A stretch of DNA of 64,000 nucleotides from Gemmatimonadota bacterium (GTDB taxonomy: Bacteria > Gemmatimonadota > Gemmatimonadetes > Gemmatimonadales > GWC2-71-9), in NCBI GenBank assembly GCA_031382385.1, contig JANMYS010000037.1, positions 20,567 through 84,566 on the forward strand, read 5' to 3'. Positions 38,108-48,063 of the stretch are shown here, one piece after another. Within the stretch, counting starts at the first letter, position 1. Each line of letters opens with the position of its first letter. The position numbers and the translations under genes are program-made. Under the pieces are notes generated by a model that saw only the letters and a program-made list of their open reading frames with translations, was not told the origin of the DNA and made no database searches.

Positions 38108-38733
38108 TGAGCGTAGTCGCGTGGCTGCTGGCTTCCTATCTGCTCGGTGCCATCCCCACCAGTTATCTGGTTGGCAGGGCGTTCCGCAGTATCGATCTTC
38201 GGGAGCATGGCAGCAAGAACCTGGGGGCGACCAACCTGTACCGTGTGATGGGCTGGAAGTACGCCATCCCGGTGGGGCTTTTTGACCTGCTCAAGGGACT
38301 GATTCCCGTCCTGGTGTTCGGGCCGCGCGCGAGCGGGGTGCCGTACTTTCCGCTCTGGTGCGGGCTGGCGGCCGTCACCGGTCATGTCTTTTCGGTGTTC
38401 GTCGGCTTTCGTGGGGGCAAGGGCGTCGCCACTGCCGCCGGCATGGTGCTCGGACTCGCGCCGCTGGCGTTTCCGGTGGTCGTGGCCGCCTGGGCAATCG
38501 TCGTCTGGTTGACCGGTTACGTGTCGCTCGGCTCGATCGTGGCTGCCGCGCTTTTCCCCGCCGCGGACTGGATGCTCAATCCGGCGCGTCGGACCACCGT
38601 GACGCTGGTGTTCGACGTGTGCGTCGCAGGCTTCGTGATCTGGAAGCACCGTGCCAACATCGGGCGACTGCTGTCGGGGACGGAGAACCGGTTCGGTCGT
38701 CGCGGGCAGCCTCGTCCGGCGCCGCCGGCGTGA
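38104..38733 (+). CDS. plsY: Glycerol-3-phosphate acyltransferase
   Basis: YLLGAIP, GSKNLGATN, DLLKG, GHVF..F.GGKGVAT, HRANI.RL..GTE. Confidence 0.95.
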   Translation: MMSVVAWLLASYLLGAIPTSYLVGRAFRSIDLREHGSKNLGATNLYRVMGWKYAIPVGLFDLLKGLIPVLVFGPRASGVPYFPLWCGLAAVTGHVFSVFVGFRGGKGVATAAGMVLGLAPLAFPVVVAAWAIVVWLTGYVSLGSIVAAALFPAADWMLNPARRTTVTLVFDVCVAGFVIWKHRANIGRLLSGTENRFGRRGQPRPAPPA

Positions 38734-39728
38734 GTCGCATCGCGGTCCTCGGGGCCGGCAGCTGGGGGACGACGCTCGCGGATCTGCTCGCGCGGAAGGG
38801 CCACGAAGTCCGGATCTGGGCCCATGAAGCCGAGGTGGTCGAGTCGATCAACCTTGTGCATGAGAACACGGTCTTCCTGCCCGGCTGTCCATTGGCAGGT
38901 GACCTGCGTGCCATGAGTTCCGCCACCGAGGCCGTTTCCGGTGCCGCGGTGGTCCTGTCGGTGGCACCCAGCCATGTGTTCCGCCAGGTCGTGAGCCAGG
39001 CGCGTACCGGGATGGACCCCGCTGCTCTGGTGGTGAGCGCGACGAAGGGGATCGAGCCGGGCTCGCTCCTGCTGATGTCGCAGGTGTTGGCGGAGCTGCT
39101 CCCCGCGCATCCGATCGCGGCGCTTTCCGGGCCAAGCTTTGCTCTGGAGGTGTATCAGGGGCAGCCCACCGCCGTGGTGGCGGCGGCGGAGAACGCGGCG
39201 ATCGCCGCCGCGGTTCAGGAGGTGTTCGCGACACCCCGTTTCCGGGTGTATTCGAACAGCGATTCGATCGGCGTGGAGCTGGCCGGGGCAGTCAAGAATG
39301 TCATTGCCATCGCTGCGGGCATCCTCGAGGGTCTTGGATTGGGTAACAATCCCCGCGCCGCGCTCATCACGCGTGGGCTCGCTGAGATCACTCGGCTCGG
39401 AGTTGCCATGGGTGCGGATCCATTGACGTTCGCGGGGCTGGCCGGCATGGGCGACCTCATCCTGACGACAACCGGCGCGTTGAGCCGGAATCGGGCGCTC
39501 GGAGTCGCCCTCGCGGAGGGACACTCGCTGGCCGATCATCAGGCGACCCATCGCAGCGTGGCGGAAGGGGCCACTACGGCCCGGGCGGCGCTGGCGCTCG
39601 CGGCGCGTGCTGGTGTGGAGTTGCCGATCTGTGCCCAGGTGTCGGCTATCCTCTTCGACGGCAAGCCTGCGGGCCAGGCGGTGGCGGAGCTGATGGAACG
39701 GACCCTCAAAGCGGAGCAGTGGCGGTGA
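38730..39728 (+). CDS. gpsA: NAD(P)H-dependent glycerol-3-phosphate dehydrogenase
   Basis: GAGSWGT, TKGIE, SGPSFA, KNVIAIAAG, GLAGMGDL and SRN motifs. Confidence 0.95.
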   Translation: MSRIAVLGAGSWGTTLADLLARKGHEVRIWAHEAEVVESINLVHENTVFLPGCPLAGDLRAMSSATEAVSGAAVVLSVAPSHVFRQVVSQARTGMDPAALVVSATKGIEPGSLLLMSQVLAELLPAHPIAALSGPSFALEVYQGQPTAVVAAAENAAIAAAVQEVFATPRFRVYSNSDSIGVELAGAVKNVIAIAAGILEGLGLGNNPRAALITRGLAEITRLGVAMGADPLTFAGLAGMGDLILTTTGALSRNRALGVALAEGHSLADHQATHRSVAEGATTARAALALAARAGVELPICAQVSAILFDGKPAGQAVAELMERTLKAEQWR

Positions 39729-40111
39729 CCCTTGCGCGGCCGATGCAGGAGTTCTTCTCGATCGGGGAGGTGTGTGCCCTCACCGATCTGAAGCCGCATG
39801 TGCTGCGCTACTGGGAGAGCCAGTTCCGTTTCCTGAATCCCGCCAAGAACCGGTCGGGAAATCGGGTCTACAAGAGCCGGGAGGTCGAGCTGATCATGCT
39901 CGTCAAACACCTGCTCTATTCCGAGAAATACACGATTGAAGGGGCGCGCCAGCGTATCGAGCATTATCGCCGTACTGGCGAGCTCCGCGGTGCCGCCCGG
40001 ACGGCAACGGAACGGGAAACGCTGCGGGAGCTGCGCCAGTCGGTCGAGGAAATCGTGGATATTCTCGACGGGCGCATTCCCCCGCCTCGCCCCGAGCCGC
40101 CAGCCGAGTAA
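39719..40111 (+). CDS. MerR family transcriptional regulator
   Basis: FSIGEVC...HVLRYWESQF...P.K..SGNRVY...YTIEGA. Confidence 0.9.
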   Translation: MAVTLARPMQEFFSIGEVCALTDLKPHVLRYWESQFRFLNPAKNRSGNRVYKSREVELIMLVKHLLYSEKYTIEGARQRIEHYRRTGELRGAARTATERETLRELRQSVEEIVDILDGRIPPPRPEPPAE

Positions 40112-40195
40112 ACCCGTGCGGGGGAGCGCTCCTCCCCCACGCCCGCGATGGACCGGCCATTCACGCCTGCCTGCATTATCTTGTTCCCCTCACAT

Positions 40196-40951
40196 ATGAA
40201 AATCCTGGTTGCGAACGACGATGGGATCCTCGCCCCCGGCCTGGCCCTGCTGGCCGAGGTATGCCAGACCGTGGCACAGGTGACCGTCGTGGCACCCGAC
40301 CGGGAACAGAGCGGGACCTCGCACAGCCTCACGATGCACCGTCCGATCCGGCCGACCCGCCGACCCGACGGTTCATATCAGGTCGACGGCACTCCGACTG
40401 ACTGCGTCCTTCTGGCGCTCGGCGCCCTCATGCCAGAGCGACCGGACTTCGTCTTCTCCGGCATCAACCACGGCCCGAACATGGGCGAGGACGTGCTGTA
40501 TTCCGGCACCGTCGCTGCGGCCATGGAGGGTGTCGCCCTCGGGGTCCCGAGCATCGCGATCTCGTTTGCGGGTCCGGCAAGCGACCTGGAGACACTGGGG
40601 AGCTATCGGGATCTGCTGGCAGGGCTGGTCGGGCGCATCACGAGCACCGAGAACTTCCCGGCCGAGACGCTGCTCAACATCAACCTGCCAGCCTGCGGCG
40701 CTCCGGCGGTGCAGGGGACCCGGGTCACTTCGCTCGGCAGCCGGTACTTCAGCGAGTCGCTCTCCCGCATGAAGGACCCATGGGGCAGGGAGATGTTCTG
40801 GATCGGAGGCGGGTCGATGCACTGGACTGGTGGCGCGGAGACCGACCACCACGCGGTCGCCAACGGGTTCATCTCGATCACGCCGCTGCACATGGACCTG
40901 ACGAACTACGACCTGCTGGAAACGGTTCGGGGATGGTCGCTCGAGGGGTGA
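40196..40951 (+). CDS. surE: 5'/3'-nucleotidase SurE
   Basis: ILVANDDG, GTPTDCV, SGINHGPNMG, YSGTVAAAMEG. Confidence 0.95.
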   Translation: MKILVANDDGILAPGLALLAEVCQTVAQVTVVAPDREQSGTSHSLTMHRPIRPTRRPDGSYQVDGTPTDCVLLALGALMPERPDFVFSGINHGPNMGEDVLYSGTVAAAMEGVALGVPSIAISFAGPASDLETLGSYRDLLAGLVGRITSTENFPAETLLNINLPACGAPAVQGTRVTSLGSRYFSESLSRMKDPWGREMFWIGGGSMHWTGGAETDHHAVANGFISITPLHMDLTNYDLLETVRGWSLEG

Positions 40952-41616
40952 ACGCCGGGGACAGTTACGGTGGCTTCCGCAGCCAGCTGGTCGCCACCCT
41001 CCAGTCCAAGGGGATCCGCGATCTGGCCGTGCTGCGGGCGATCTCCCTGGTCCCCCGCCACCTGTTTGTGCCGGAGAGCCTGCGACATCGGGCCTACGAG
41101 GACTCGGCGCTCCCCATCGGGGGCGGACAGACGATTTCGCAACCGTGGGTGCAGGCCCGCTCGCTGGAACTGGCCGCGCTGACCGGGAAGGAACGGGTTC
41201 TCGAAATCGGTACCGGGTCGGGCTATCAGACGGCACTGCTGAGCCAGCTCGCGGCCCAGGTCTTCAGTGTCGAGCGACTCCCCGCACTTGCCCAGGGTGC
41301 CAGGCGCGCGGTCGACCTGGCCGGTGCGCGGAATGTCTCGATCATGATCGGAGACGGGACCCTCGGCTGGCGGCCCTACGCGCCCTACGACGCGATCATC
41401 GTGGCGGCCGCGTCGCCCGACGTCCCGGCTCCGCTGGGAGAGCAGCTGGCGGTCGGCGGACACCTCATCATCCCGCTGGGGGAGCGTGACCAGCAGGTTC
41501 TGACCATTTTCACCCGACCGGCCGACGGCGCGCCGCTCCAGCGCCAGAGTGTGACTGAGGTGCGATTCGTGCCGCTGCTGGGACAGTTTGGATTCACCAG
41601 CGACCCCGTCCCCTGA
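40948..41616 (+). CDS. pcm: Protein-L-isoaspartate O-methyltransferase
   Basis: VPRHLFV, LPIGGGQTISQP, LEIGTGSGYQ, APYDAIIV and FVPL motifs. Confidence 0.95.
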   Translation: MNAGDSYGGFRSQLVATLQSKGIRDLAVLRAISLVPRHLFVPESLRHRAYEDSALPIGGGQTISQPWVQARSLELAALTGKERVLEIGTGSGYQTALLSQLAAQVFSVERLPALAQGARRAVDLAGARNVSIMIGDGTLGWRPYAPYDAIIVAAASPDVPAPLGEQLAVGGHLIIPLGERDQQVLTIFTRPADGAPLQRQSVTEVRFVPLLGQFGFTSDPVP

Positions 41617-41628
41617 CCGGAGGATCAC

Positions 41629-42270
41629 TTGGAGCTGCTGAAGGACTTTATTGATCTGTTTCTCCATCTCGACCGTCACTTGAGCGATCTGATCGCCCAG
41701 TACGGCGCGTGGAGTTATGCCATCCTCTTTCTGATCGTGTTCTGCGAGACCGGCCTGGTGGTCACACCGTTTCTCCCCGGCGACTCGCTTCTCTTCGCGG
41801 CCGGCACTTTCGCGGGACTCGGTGCGCTCCGTCCGGTGCCGCTTTTCCTGCTCCTGACCTCCGCGGCGATCATCGGGGACTCCGTGAACTACTGGGTCGG
41901 CCGGTATGTCGGTCCGCGTGCCTTCAGCGGCTCGATCCGGTTTCTCAAGCGGGAATACCTCGACAAGACCCGTGCGTTCTATGACAGGCATGGCCGAAAA
42001 ACGGTCATTCTCGCCCGCTTCCTGCCGATCATCCGGACCTTCGCCCCCTTCGTCGCTGGGGTCGGGGAAATGCCGTATATCCGCTTCCTGGCCAACAGCG
42101 TCATCGGCAGCATCGTCTGGGTGGGGCTCTTCGTCGGCGCGGGCTACTTTTTCGGAAACCTGCCGATCGTCCGGGAGAATTTCACCGTTGTGGTCATGGG
42201 CATTATTGCCGTCTCCCTCCTCCCCATGGTGATCGAACTGACCAAGAACTGGTGGGGGCGCCGTACATGA
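41629..42270 (+). CDS. DedA family membrane protein
   Basis: ETGLVVTPFLPGDSLLF, ARFLPIIRTFAPFVAG. Confidence 0.93.
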   Translation: MELLKDFIDLFLHLDRHLSDLIAQYGAWSYAILFLIVFCETGLVVTPFLPGDSLLFAAGTFAGLGALRPVPLFLLLTSAAIIGDSVNYWVGRYVGPRAFSGSIRFLKREYLDKTRAFYDRHGRKTVILARFLPIIRTFAPFVAGVGEMPYIRFLANSVIGSIVWVGLFVGAGYFFGNLPIVRENFTVVVMGIIAVSLLPMVIELTKNWWGRRT

Positions 42271-42536
42271 TTCGGCAGTACCTGGTCGGCGGGAGAGTCC
42301 AGGGTGTCGGATTTCGGATGTTCGTGGCGCGCGAAACCTCCGCGCTTGGCCTAGCCGGATGGACCAGGAACCTGCCCGATGGGCGGGTCGAAGTCGTTGC
42401 CAGCGGAAGGGAAGACACCATCCTCCAGTTGGAAAAGGCATTGGCTCAGGGTCCGAGAATGGCAGTTGTAACCGGGCTGGATAAGAGCAATATTTCGGAT
42501 GATATTGAACTACCTAAGACATTCTTGGTCAAATAG
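42267..42536 (+). CDS. acyP: Acylphosphatase
   Basis: GRVQGVGFR and GWTRNLPDGRVE motifs. Confidence 0.92.
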   Translation: MIRQYLVGGRVQGVGFRMFVARETSALGLAGWTRNLPDGRVEVVASGREDTILQLEKALAQGPRMAVVTGLDKSNISDDIELPKTFLVK

Positions 42537-42573
42537 TTGCCGTGTTCAGATAAACCATAATCGAGACAGCGAA

Positions 42574-43104
42574 ATGCCCGCCAACATGGCCGACAACATC
42601 CGCCGCGCCCTGCGCGCGATCCCGGACTATCCCAAGCCAGGTATCATTTTTCAGGACATTACGCCGGTCCTGAACGATGGGGCGCTCTTCCGTCAGGTCC
42701 GGGAGACACTCGCCGAACCGTTTCGCAGGATGGGGATCACTCACGTCGTTGGAATTGAGGCGCGTGGGTTCATCCTGGCGGCACCAGTCGCGGTGACTCT
42801 GGGTGCCGGCTTCATCCCGCTCAGAAAGCCCGGGAAGCTCCCGTGGCGGACCTTTCGCCACGAATACCAGCTGGAATACGGGACCGATGCCTTGGAAGCC
42901 CACCAGGATGCCTGCCCCGCTGGCGCCCGGGTTCTGATCGTTGATGATGTGCTGGCCACGGGCGGGACCGCCGAGGCGGCCGGTGCGCTGGTGCGCCGCG
43001 CCGGCGGCGAGGTCGTCGGGTGGTCGTTCCTGCTGGCGATCAGCGGACTGAATGGGGCAGGGCGACTCGCCGGCGCGCCGAGCCATATCGTGATCAACCT
43101 CTGA
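42574..43104 (+). CDS. apt: Adenine phosphoribosyltransferase
   Basis: PDYPKPGIIFQDITP, EARGF, RKPGKLP, Y.LEYG, VDDVLATGGT. Confidence 0.95.
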   Translation: MPANMADNIRRALRAIPDYPKPGIIFQDITPVLNDGALFRQVRETLAEPFRRMGITHVVGIEARGFILAAPVAVTLGAGFIPLRKPGKLPWRTFRHEYQLEYGTDALEAHQDACPAGARVLIVDDVLATGGTAEAAGALVRRAGGEVVGWSFLLAISGLNGAGRLAGAPSHIVINL

Positions 43105-43149
43105 TCTGGTTGACTCGAACCGCAAGGGCTGGCTAGTTTTCCACGCTTG

Positions 43150-43223
43150 GCCCCCGTAGCTCAGCTGGATAGAGCAGCGGTTTCCTAAACCGTTGGCCGG
43201 ACGTTCGAATCGTCTCGGGGGCA
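43150..43223 (+). tRNA. tRNA-Arg(CCT)
   Basis: GCCCCCG/CGGGGGC acceptor, TAGCTCAGCTGGATAGAGC, GCGGT-TTCCTAA-ACCGT, GTTCGAATC. Confidence 0.95.
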
Positions 43224-43274
43224 CCTCCGCGGCACCCGTCAGACGGTCTGATCCCGAGGCGACACGAACAGACG

Positions 43275-43946
43275 ATGGCAACTACAGTGGAAGCTCCCCC
43301 GCGCACCGCACCGGCCCTCCCGGCGATCCCGTCAGCCTCGAGCTGGCTGGCGCAGCCGACGAATCGCTATCTCGCTCTCGGGGGCACCATACTCGCGGTG
43401 GCGCTGATAGCCAGTTTCGTAGTGCTGAGCGGTCAGCGGAAGGAGGCGTTTGCCAGCAGGGCGCTCGATCAGGCCAGAAACGCGGCGGAATCGGGCAACC
43501 TCGCGCTCGCGGCCAGCGAGCTGCAGAAGGTCAGTACCACGTACAGCGGCACCCGGGCGGCACAGGAGGCGGTGATCACGCTGAATCAGGTTCGGCTGGT
43601 CAATGGGCAGCATGAGCTGGCCGCGGTGGGGCTACAGGACTTCCTGAAGGGGAATCCTTCTCCCCAGTTCCGCGCGCCGGCCTACGGCCTCCTGGGTCGA
43701 GCTCTGGAGAACGCGAAACGGCCAGCAGAAGCCGCCGAGGCGTACGCCAAGGCCTCCGGGACCGCTGACGTCGACTACCTCCGGGCCGACTATCTGCTCG
43801 ACGCTGCTCGGGCGTGGATTGCCGCAGGGGAGCGGGACAAGGCGATCGCGAACTACCAGCGCGTCACCAAGGATTTCCCCAAGACGGCAGCCAACACCGA
43901 AGCCGAGATTCGTCTGGCCGAGCTGACGGCGTCCGCCGGCAACTGA
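43275..43946 (+). CDS. Membrane-anchored TPR protein (YfgM-like)
   Basis: Single N-terminal TM helix followed by TPR helices (YSGT.AA, DFPKTAA). Confidence 0.75.
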   Translation: MATTVEAPPRTAPALPAIPSASSWLAQPTNRYLALGGTILAVALIASFVVLSGQRKEAFASRALDQARNAAESGNLALAASELQKVSTTYSGTRAAQEAVITLNQVRLVNGQHELAAVGLQDFLKGNPSPQFRAPAYGLLGRALENAKRPAEAAEAYAKASGTADVDYLRADYLLDAARAWIAAGERDKAIANYQRVTKDFPKTAANTEAEIRLAELTASAGN

Positions 43947-43971
43947 TCGGAGTGGTGAACGGAGTGGAGTC

Positions 43972-44001
43972 TGGCCCGGCCTCGTGCCGGGCCATTTTCT
44001 T
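43972..44001 (+). terminator. Intrinsic terminator
   Basis: TGGCCCGGC/GCCGGGCCA stem followed by TTTTCTT. Confidence 0.8.
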
Positions 44002-44064
44002 TGCGGGTGGCCTTGGGGAAGCGTGGATCTGTCGCCTTGAACCTATTGTCCGGCGTGCTAATTA

Positions 44065-44092
44065 ACGTCGTATAAGATATATTATGTTAAGT
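44065..44092 (+). other. dif: dif site (XerC/XerD chromosome dimer resolution)
   Basis: ACGTCGTATAA-GATATA-TTATGTTAAGT versus E. coli GGTGCGCATAA-TGTATA-TTATGTTAAAT; gene strand flips here. Confidence 0.88.
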
Positions 44093-44186
44093 TCACTCGT
44101 GGATAACTAAGGATAACTCGCTGCCAGCTGGTCCAGCTTCATCTATCGTGTTATTTGGGAAGTACTTATGATACATGCGCGTGAAG

Positions 44187-45008
44187 TTACAGTAGGCCGG
44201 TAAAGACCAGCTTGCCCTCCCCGGCGAGGCGGACATCGGTCGCCTTCCCTCCTGACAGTGTCGCAGTGATGTGGAGAATCCGACCGCTGCGGCATGAGAG
44301 GCCCATGGGGAGGAAGCCCAGTCCCTGGTGCGCCAGAGAGATCGCCGCCGCCACTGCCCCTGTCCCGCAGGCGAGCGTTTCCCCTTCGACCCCACGCTCG
44401 TAGGTCCGAAGCCCCCAGCCCCCTCCCTTCGCCTCCGGAAGCCGCCCGATGAAGTTGGCGTTGGCTCTCTCCGGCCCGAGCGCGGGATCGAAGCGCAGTC
44501 GTCGGCCACGCTCCATGAGGTCGGAACGTTCCAGATCTTCGACCAGAACGACCAGATGGGGTACGCCGACGGTGCTCAGGAGGGCCCAGGCCTCGCCGGG
44601 CCCGGGGAGCACCCCTGCCGGTTGCGGCAGGAGGACGTCGGGGAGGCTGAGTTCGGCCAGGTCGGTGGTGCTGGGCAGGCACCGGCTGGGAAAGGTGCCG
44701 GCCCCGGTCACGAGGTGCATGCCCCGGGCGGGCGCCAGCTCCAGCCGGGCCGACAATCGAGTGCTGCACAAGGCCGCATTCCCGCACATGCTCGCTCTGG
44801 AGCCGTCGCAGTTCCAGAAGTCCATTCGGACCCGGTCCCCGGTCTCGGGGGTGAGGATGACGAGGCCGTCGGCACCGACCCCGAAGCGACGGTCGCAGAC
44901 GTCACGAATCCGCTGGGCCGGCCAGTCCTCCGGACGGGTGGTGCGCCCGTCGAGCATGACGAAGTCGTTGCCCGACCCGGTCATCTTGTAGAAGGATTGC
45001 TGGCTCAT
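44187..45008 (-). CDS. dapF: Diaminopimelate epimerase
   Basis: FYKMTGSGNDF, GVGADG, MCGNA, GVPH, YERGVEGETLACGTG. Confidence 0.93.
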   Translation of the reverse strand: MSQQSFYKMTGSGNDFVMLDGRTTRPEDWPAQRIRDVCDRRFGVGADGLVILTPETGDRVRMDFWNCDGSRASMCGNAALCSTRLSARLELAPARGMHLVTGAGTFPSRCLPSTTDLAELSLPDVLLPQPAGVLPGPGEAWALLSTVGVPHLVVLVEDLERSDLMERGRRLRFDPALGPERANANFIGRLPEAKGGGWGLRTYERGVEGETLACGTGAVAAAISLAHQGLGFLPMGLSCRSGRILHITATLSGGKATDVRLAGEGKLVFTGLL

Positions 45009-45013
45009 GGGGC

Positions 45014-45760
45014 TCAGATCCGGCGCAGGATGGACTGCAGCCGGAGCCACCAGACCATCCAGATGGCCTCCCGGACGATTCCCTTGTTCATCTTGCTCTG
45101 CCCTTCCACCCGGTCATGGAAGATGATCGGGATTTCCTTGAGCCTGAACCCCTTCCTCCACGCCCGGAAGCTCATCTCGATCTGGAAGGTGTAGCCGTTG
45201 GAGCGGACCTGATCGAGGTCAATGGCCTCCAGCACGCTGCGGCGGAAGCACTTGAATCCACCGGTCGAATCGGTCAGCGGCAGGCCGGTGATGACCCGGG
45301 CGTAGAAGTTCGCGCCGAGCGACAGGAGGAGGCGCGAGATGGGCCAGTTAATGACGTTCACACCTGTCGCGTACCGCGAACCCAGCACCAGGTCCGCGTC
45401 CTCGACGGCCCGGAGGAACGACGGCAGAAAGGTCGGGTCATGGGAGAAGTCGGCGTCCATCTCGAAGAGGACGTCGTAGTTCTGCTGCAGTCCCCAGCGG
45501 AATCCGGCCAGATAGGCTCGACCCAGCCCCTCCTTGGCCTGACGGTGGAGCACATGAACCCGGGATTTCGCCTGGGCCATCCGGTCGGCGATGTCGCCGG
45601 TACCATCGGGGGAATTGTCGTCCACGACCAGGATCTCGAGCCGGGGGTCCTGGCGGAGAATGGCGGGGACGATCTGAGCGAGGTTCTTTGCCTCGTTGTA
45701 CGTCGGTACGATGACGAGCGCACGTTCGATCAACGTTGCGCCCTCCGCTGGAGCCACCAC
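45014..45760 (-). CDS. Polyprenol-phosphate glycosyltransferase (GT2, Ppm1/DPM1-like)
   Basis: VPTYNE, VDDNSPDGT, GLGRAY, MDADFSH, D.TGGFK; start may be TTG 45733. Confidence 0.9.
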   Translation of the reverse strand: MVAPAEGATLIERALVIVPTYNEAKNLAQIVPAILRQDPRLEILVVDDNSPDGTGDIADRMAQAKSRVHVLHRQAKEGLGRAYLAGFRWGLQQNYDVLFEMDADFSHDPTFLPSFLRAVEDADLVLGSRYATGVNVINWPISRLLLSLGANFYARVITGLPLTDSTGGFKCFRRSVLEAIDLDQVRSNGYTFQIEMSFRAWRKGFRLKEIPIIFHDRVEGQSKMNKGIVREAIWMVWWLRLQSILRRI

Positions 45761-48063
45761 GGAATCGCGCCCAGGCCCAGTGCGAGGAGCAGCGAAATCA
45801 GGCTTACCCGCTTGCCGAGGTGATAGCCGGGCGATTCGAAGCTGAGCAGGACCTCGGAAGCTCCCGGCGGCAGCGGTACCCCGATGAGGCTCCCGTCAAC
45901 CTGGTAGAGCGCCACAGGTTTGCCGTCGACCGTGGCCCGCCAGTCCGGATACCAGTTCTCGGAGACCAGCAGATGGGTGATGGCGGAGTCCCGCCCGGCG
46001 ATCGCAATGCGCATCGCGCCTGGCGCCCACTGCTGCACCGTGGCGTGCAGCGTGGTGACCGGGAGCGGTGGTTTCAGCGCCGGCAGTTCCAAGCTCACGC
46101 TGTCCGGATACAACAGAACCTGGGCGTGGGGAAATCGGGGATCGAGCAGCGTCGGTACGATCTGATCGGCCGGGACCTTGGCCGCTGTCGCAAAGACACG
46201 AACGTAGGCCGGGGTGGAATCCTGTTCGTACAGGACGGCCGGGTTGCCGAAGGTATTCCGTTCAGTCGCGGCGATACGATGCCAGCCGGGAAGGGTGATG
46301 GTATCGGGCAGGATCAGGAACCGGAGGGCGAGAACGTCAAGGAGCGCTGGTGTCTGGAGATTCGCGTATCCCCGGTCCTTCCCTGCCAGCTGGTCGTACG
46401 CCTGCAGTTCGTTGCCATGGTAGCCGACAGCCACGGGAATGCGGTAGGCCATCAGGGTGGACGCCGGGTAGGAACCGCCGGCATCGAAGACACGGTACGG
46501 CGGAGTGACCTGCCGGAGCGCCGTGGTCACCGGATCATCCCGGAAGAGTTCCGCGGCGCGGGGCGAAAAGGTGTAGAACAGGCGGTCGATGCTCCACAGG
46601 TCGGCGGACATGACCGTCAGGAGGAGCGCCGCTGTCGTGGCCCCGCGGACCTTGCCCACACCGATGGCCCAGAAGGCACCACCCGCCAGTGCGACGAACA
46701 GCAGCAGCCGGACCGCGCCCGCGCGCAACGGTTCGGCGTTCAGGGCCGTCTGCTCCATTCGCTGCGGGATGACCAGCAGTTCGGCGACCGACTGCAGCAC
46801 ACCGGTGACCCCAAGCAGGGCAAAGACGGCCAGCCCTCCGGTGAGGAAGAGCAGCCGCCGCACGGTGATCTCCCCGTTGAGCAGGCGATCGAGCCCGAAG
46901 CCGGCCAGAATCGCCACCGGGAACGCTACCAGGAAGAAGACCATGCCCACGGCACGCATCTTCTTCATCATCGGCATGAACTCGAACCAGATCCGGTAGA
47001 ACGGAGTATGTCCCGCCGCGGCGAAGAGCAGGAAGACCACCGCGCCGGTGAGCAGCGCGAAGGTCAGGCGCCGCTGGCTGCGAGCCCCGACGCCACAGCA
47101 GGCCAGCACGAGGGGGATGACCCCGAGGTACTCGGTGTGGAACTTGATGGGATTGCGGCCCCAGTAGTGGTCGAGCACGCCATTGAACTGCGGCAGGAGC
47201 GTGGTGAAGATCTCCTCGGGTGGGAAGGCGTAGGCGTTCACCCACTCCCAGCCGGTGTTCGGCCCTCCTGTCGCGCGGGGCGAATAGGGGACGTACTGCA
47301 GAAATGGGAGGCCCTGCAATGCCGTAATCCCGACGCCGAGGGTGACGGCCACCGCGGCAAGGGCGAGTGTCACCCAGGGATTCTGTCCCCGGGGGCGCTC
47401 GGGGTCGGCAAAGGCGAGGTAAATGGCCCACATGCCAAGCGCGAGCAGCAGGAAGTAGCACATCTGGAAGTGTCCCAGGACCAGCAGCGCCACCACCAGA
47501 CTGAAGGCGCCGAACACCCATCGCTGGCCGCCGCGGATGGCCTTGAGGAGCAGCCAGAACGCGAGCGGAGTCAGGGCGGAGACGAAGAGCTTGCCGTCGT
47601 GCCCGGGACTCATCTGCGAGGCGACGATGCCGGTGAGTTCGTAGGCCACACCGGCGGTGATCGCCGCGGTCCAGCTGAGGCGCAGCGCGCGCGCAAAGCC
47701 GAACGTCAGCCAGCCGGCGAGCACGAAGTGCAGCGCCATGCCCCAGGTGATGGCCAGGTCGACCGGCATGATCCAGCGCAGCCACGCGGTGGGATAGAAG
47801 ATGTCGCCATGCATGGCGCCGATGAACGGCAGCCCACCGAACAGGTAGGGATTCCACTGGGGAATGGCCCCGGTCGCCCTGAACTCTTCCGCCCCGAACA
47901 GGCGGAAGGAGTAGCCGGCGATGAACATGTCCGAGCGCCCGCCGCCAAAGAGGATCTGTCCGGTAAGCAGGGGCCAGAGCAGCGTGAGGGCGGCGAGGAT
48001 GCAGATGCCGAGCGCGGCGATACGCGGCCAGCGCGGTTCCCAGGGCAGCGGTTCAGCCGGCAC
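45730..48063 (-). CDS. YfhO-family (GT-C-like) multipass membrane protein
   Basis: PQWNPYLFGGLPF, FYP, many TM helices, C-terminal SENWYPDWRATVDG. Confidence 0.82.
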   Translation of the reverse strand: MPAEPLPWEPRWPRIAALGICILAALTLLWPLLTGQILFGGGRSDMFIAGYSFRLFGAEEFRATGAIPQWNPYLFGGLPFIGAMHGDIFYPTAWLRWIMPVDLAITWGMALHFVLAGWLTFGFARALRLSWTAAITAGVAYELTGIVASQMSPGHDGKLFVSALTPLAFWLLLKAIRGGQRWVFGAFSLVVALLVLGHFQMCYFLLLALGMWAIYLAFADPERPRGQNPWVTLALAAVAVTLGVGITALQGLPFLQYVPYSPRATGGPNTGWEWVNAYAFPPEEIFTTLLPQFNGVLDHYWGRNPIKFHTEYLGVIPLVLACCGVGARSQRRLTFALLTGAVVFLLFAAAGHTPFYRIWFEFMPMMKKMRAVGMVFFLVAFPVAILAGFGLDRLLNGEITVRRLLFLTGGLAVFALLGVTGVLQSVAELLVIPQRMEQTALNAEPLRAGAVRLLLFVALAGGAFWAIGVGKVRGATTAALLLTVMSADLWSIDRLFYTFSPRAAELFRDDPVTTALRQVTPPYRVFDAGGSYPASTLMAYRIPVAVGYHGNELQAYDQLAGKDRGYANLQTPALLDVLALRFLILPDTITLPGWHRIAATERNTFGNPAVLYEQDSTPAYVRVFATAAKVPADQIVPTLLDPRFPHAQVLLYPDSVSLELPALKPPLPVTTLHATVQQWAPGAMRIAIAGRDSAITHLLVSENWYPDWRATVDGKPVALYQVDGSLIGVPLPPGASEVLLSFESPGYHLGKRVSLISLLLALGLGAIPWWLQRRAQR

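Noticed and set aside
44040-44190. AT-rich region with a DnaA-like box as oriC
   Set aside because: Flanking genes converge rather than diverge, there is no dnaA/dnaN, and a clear dif consensus is present.
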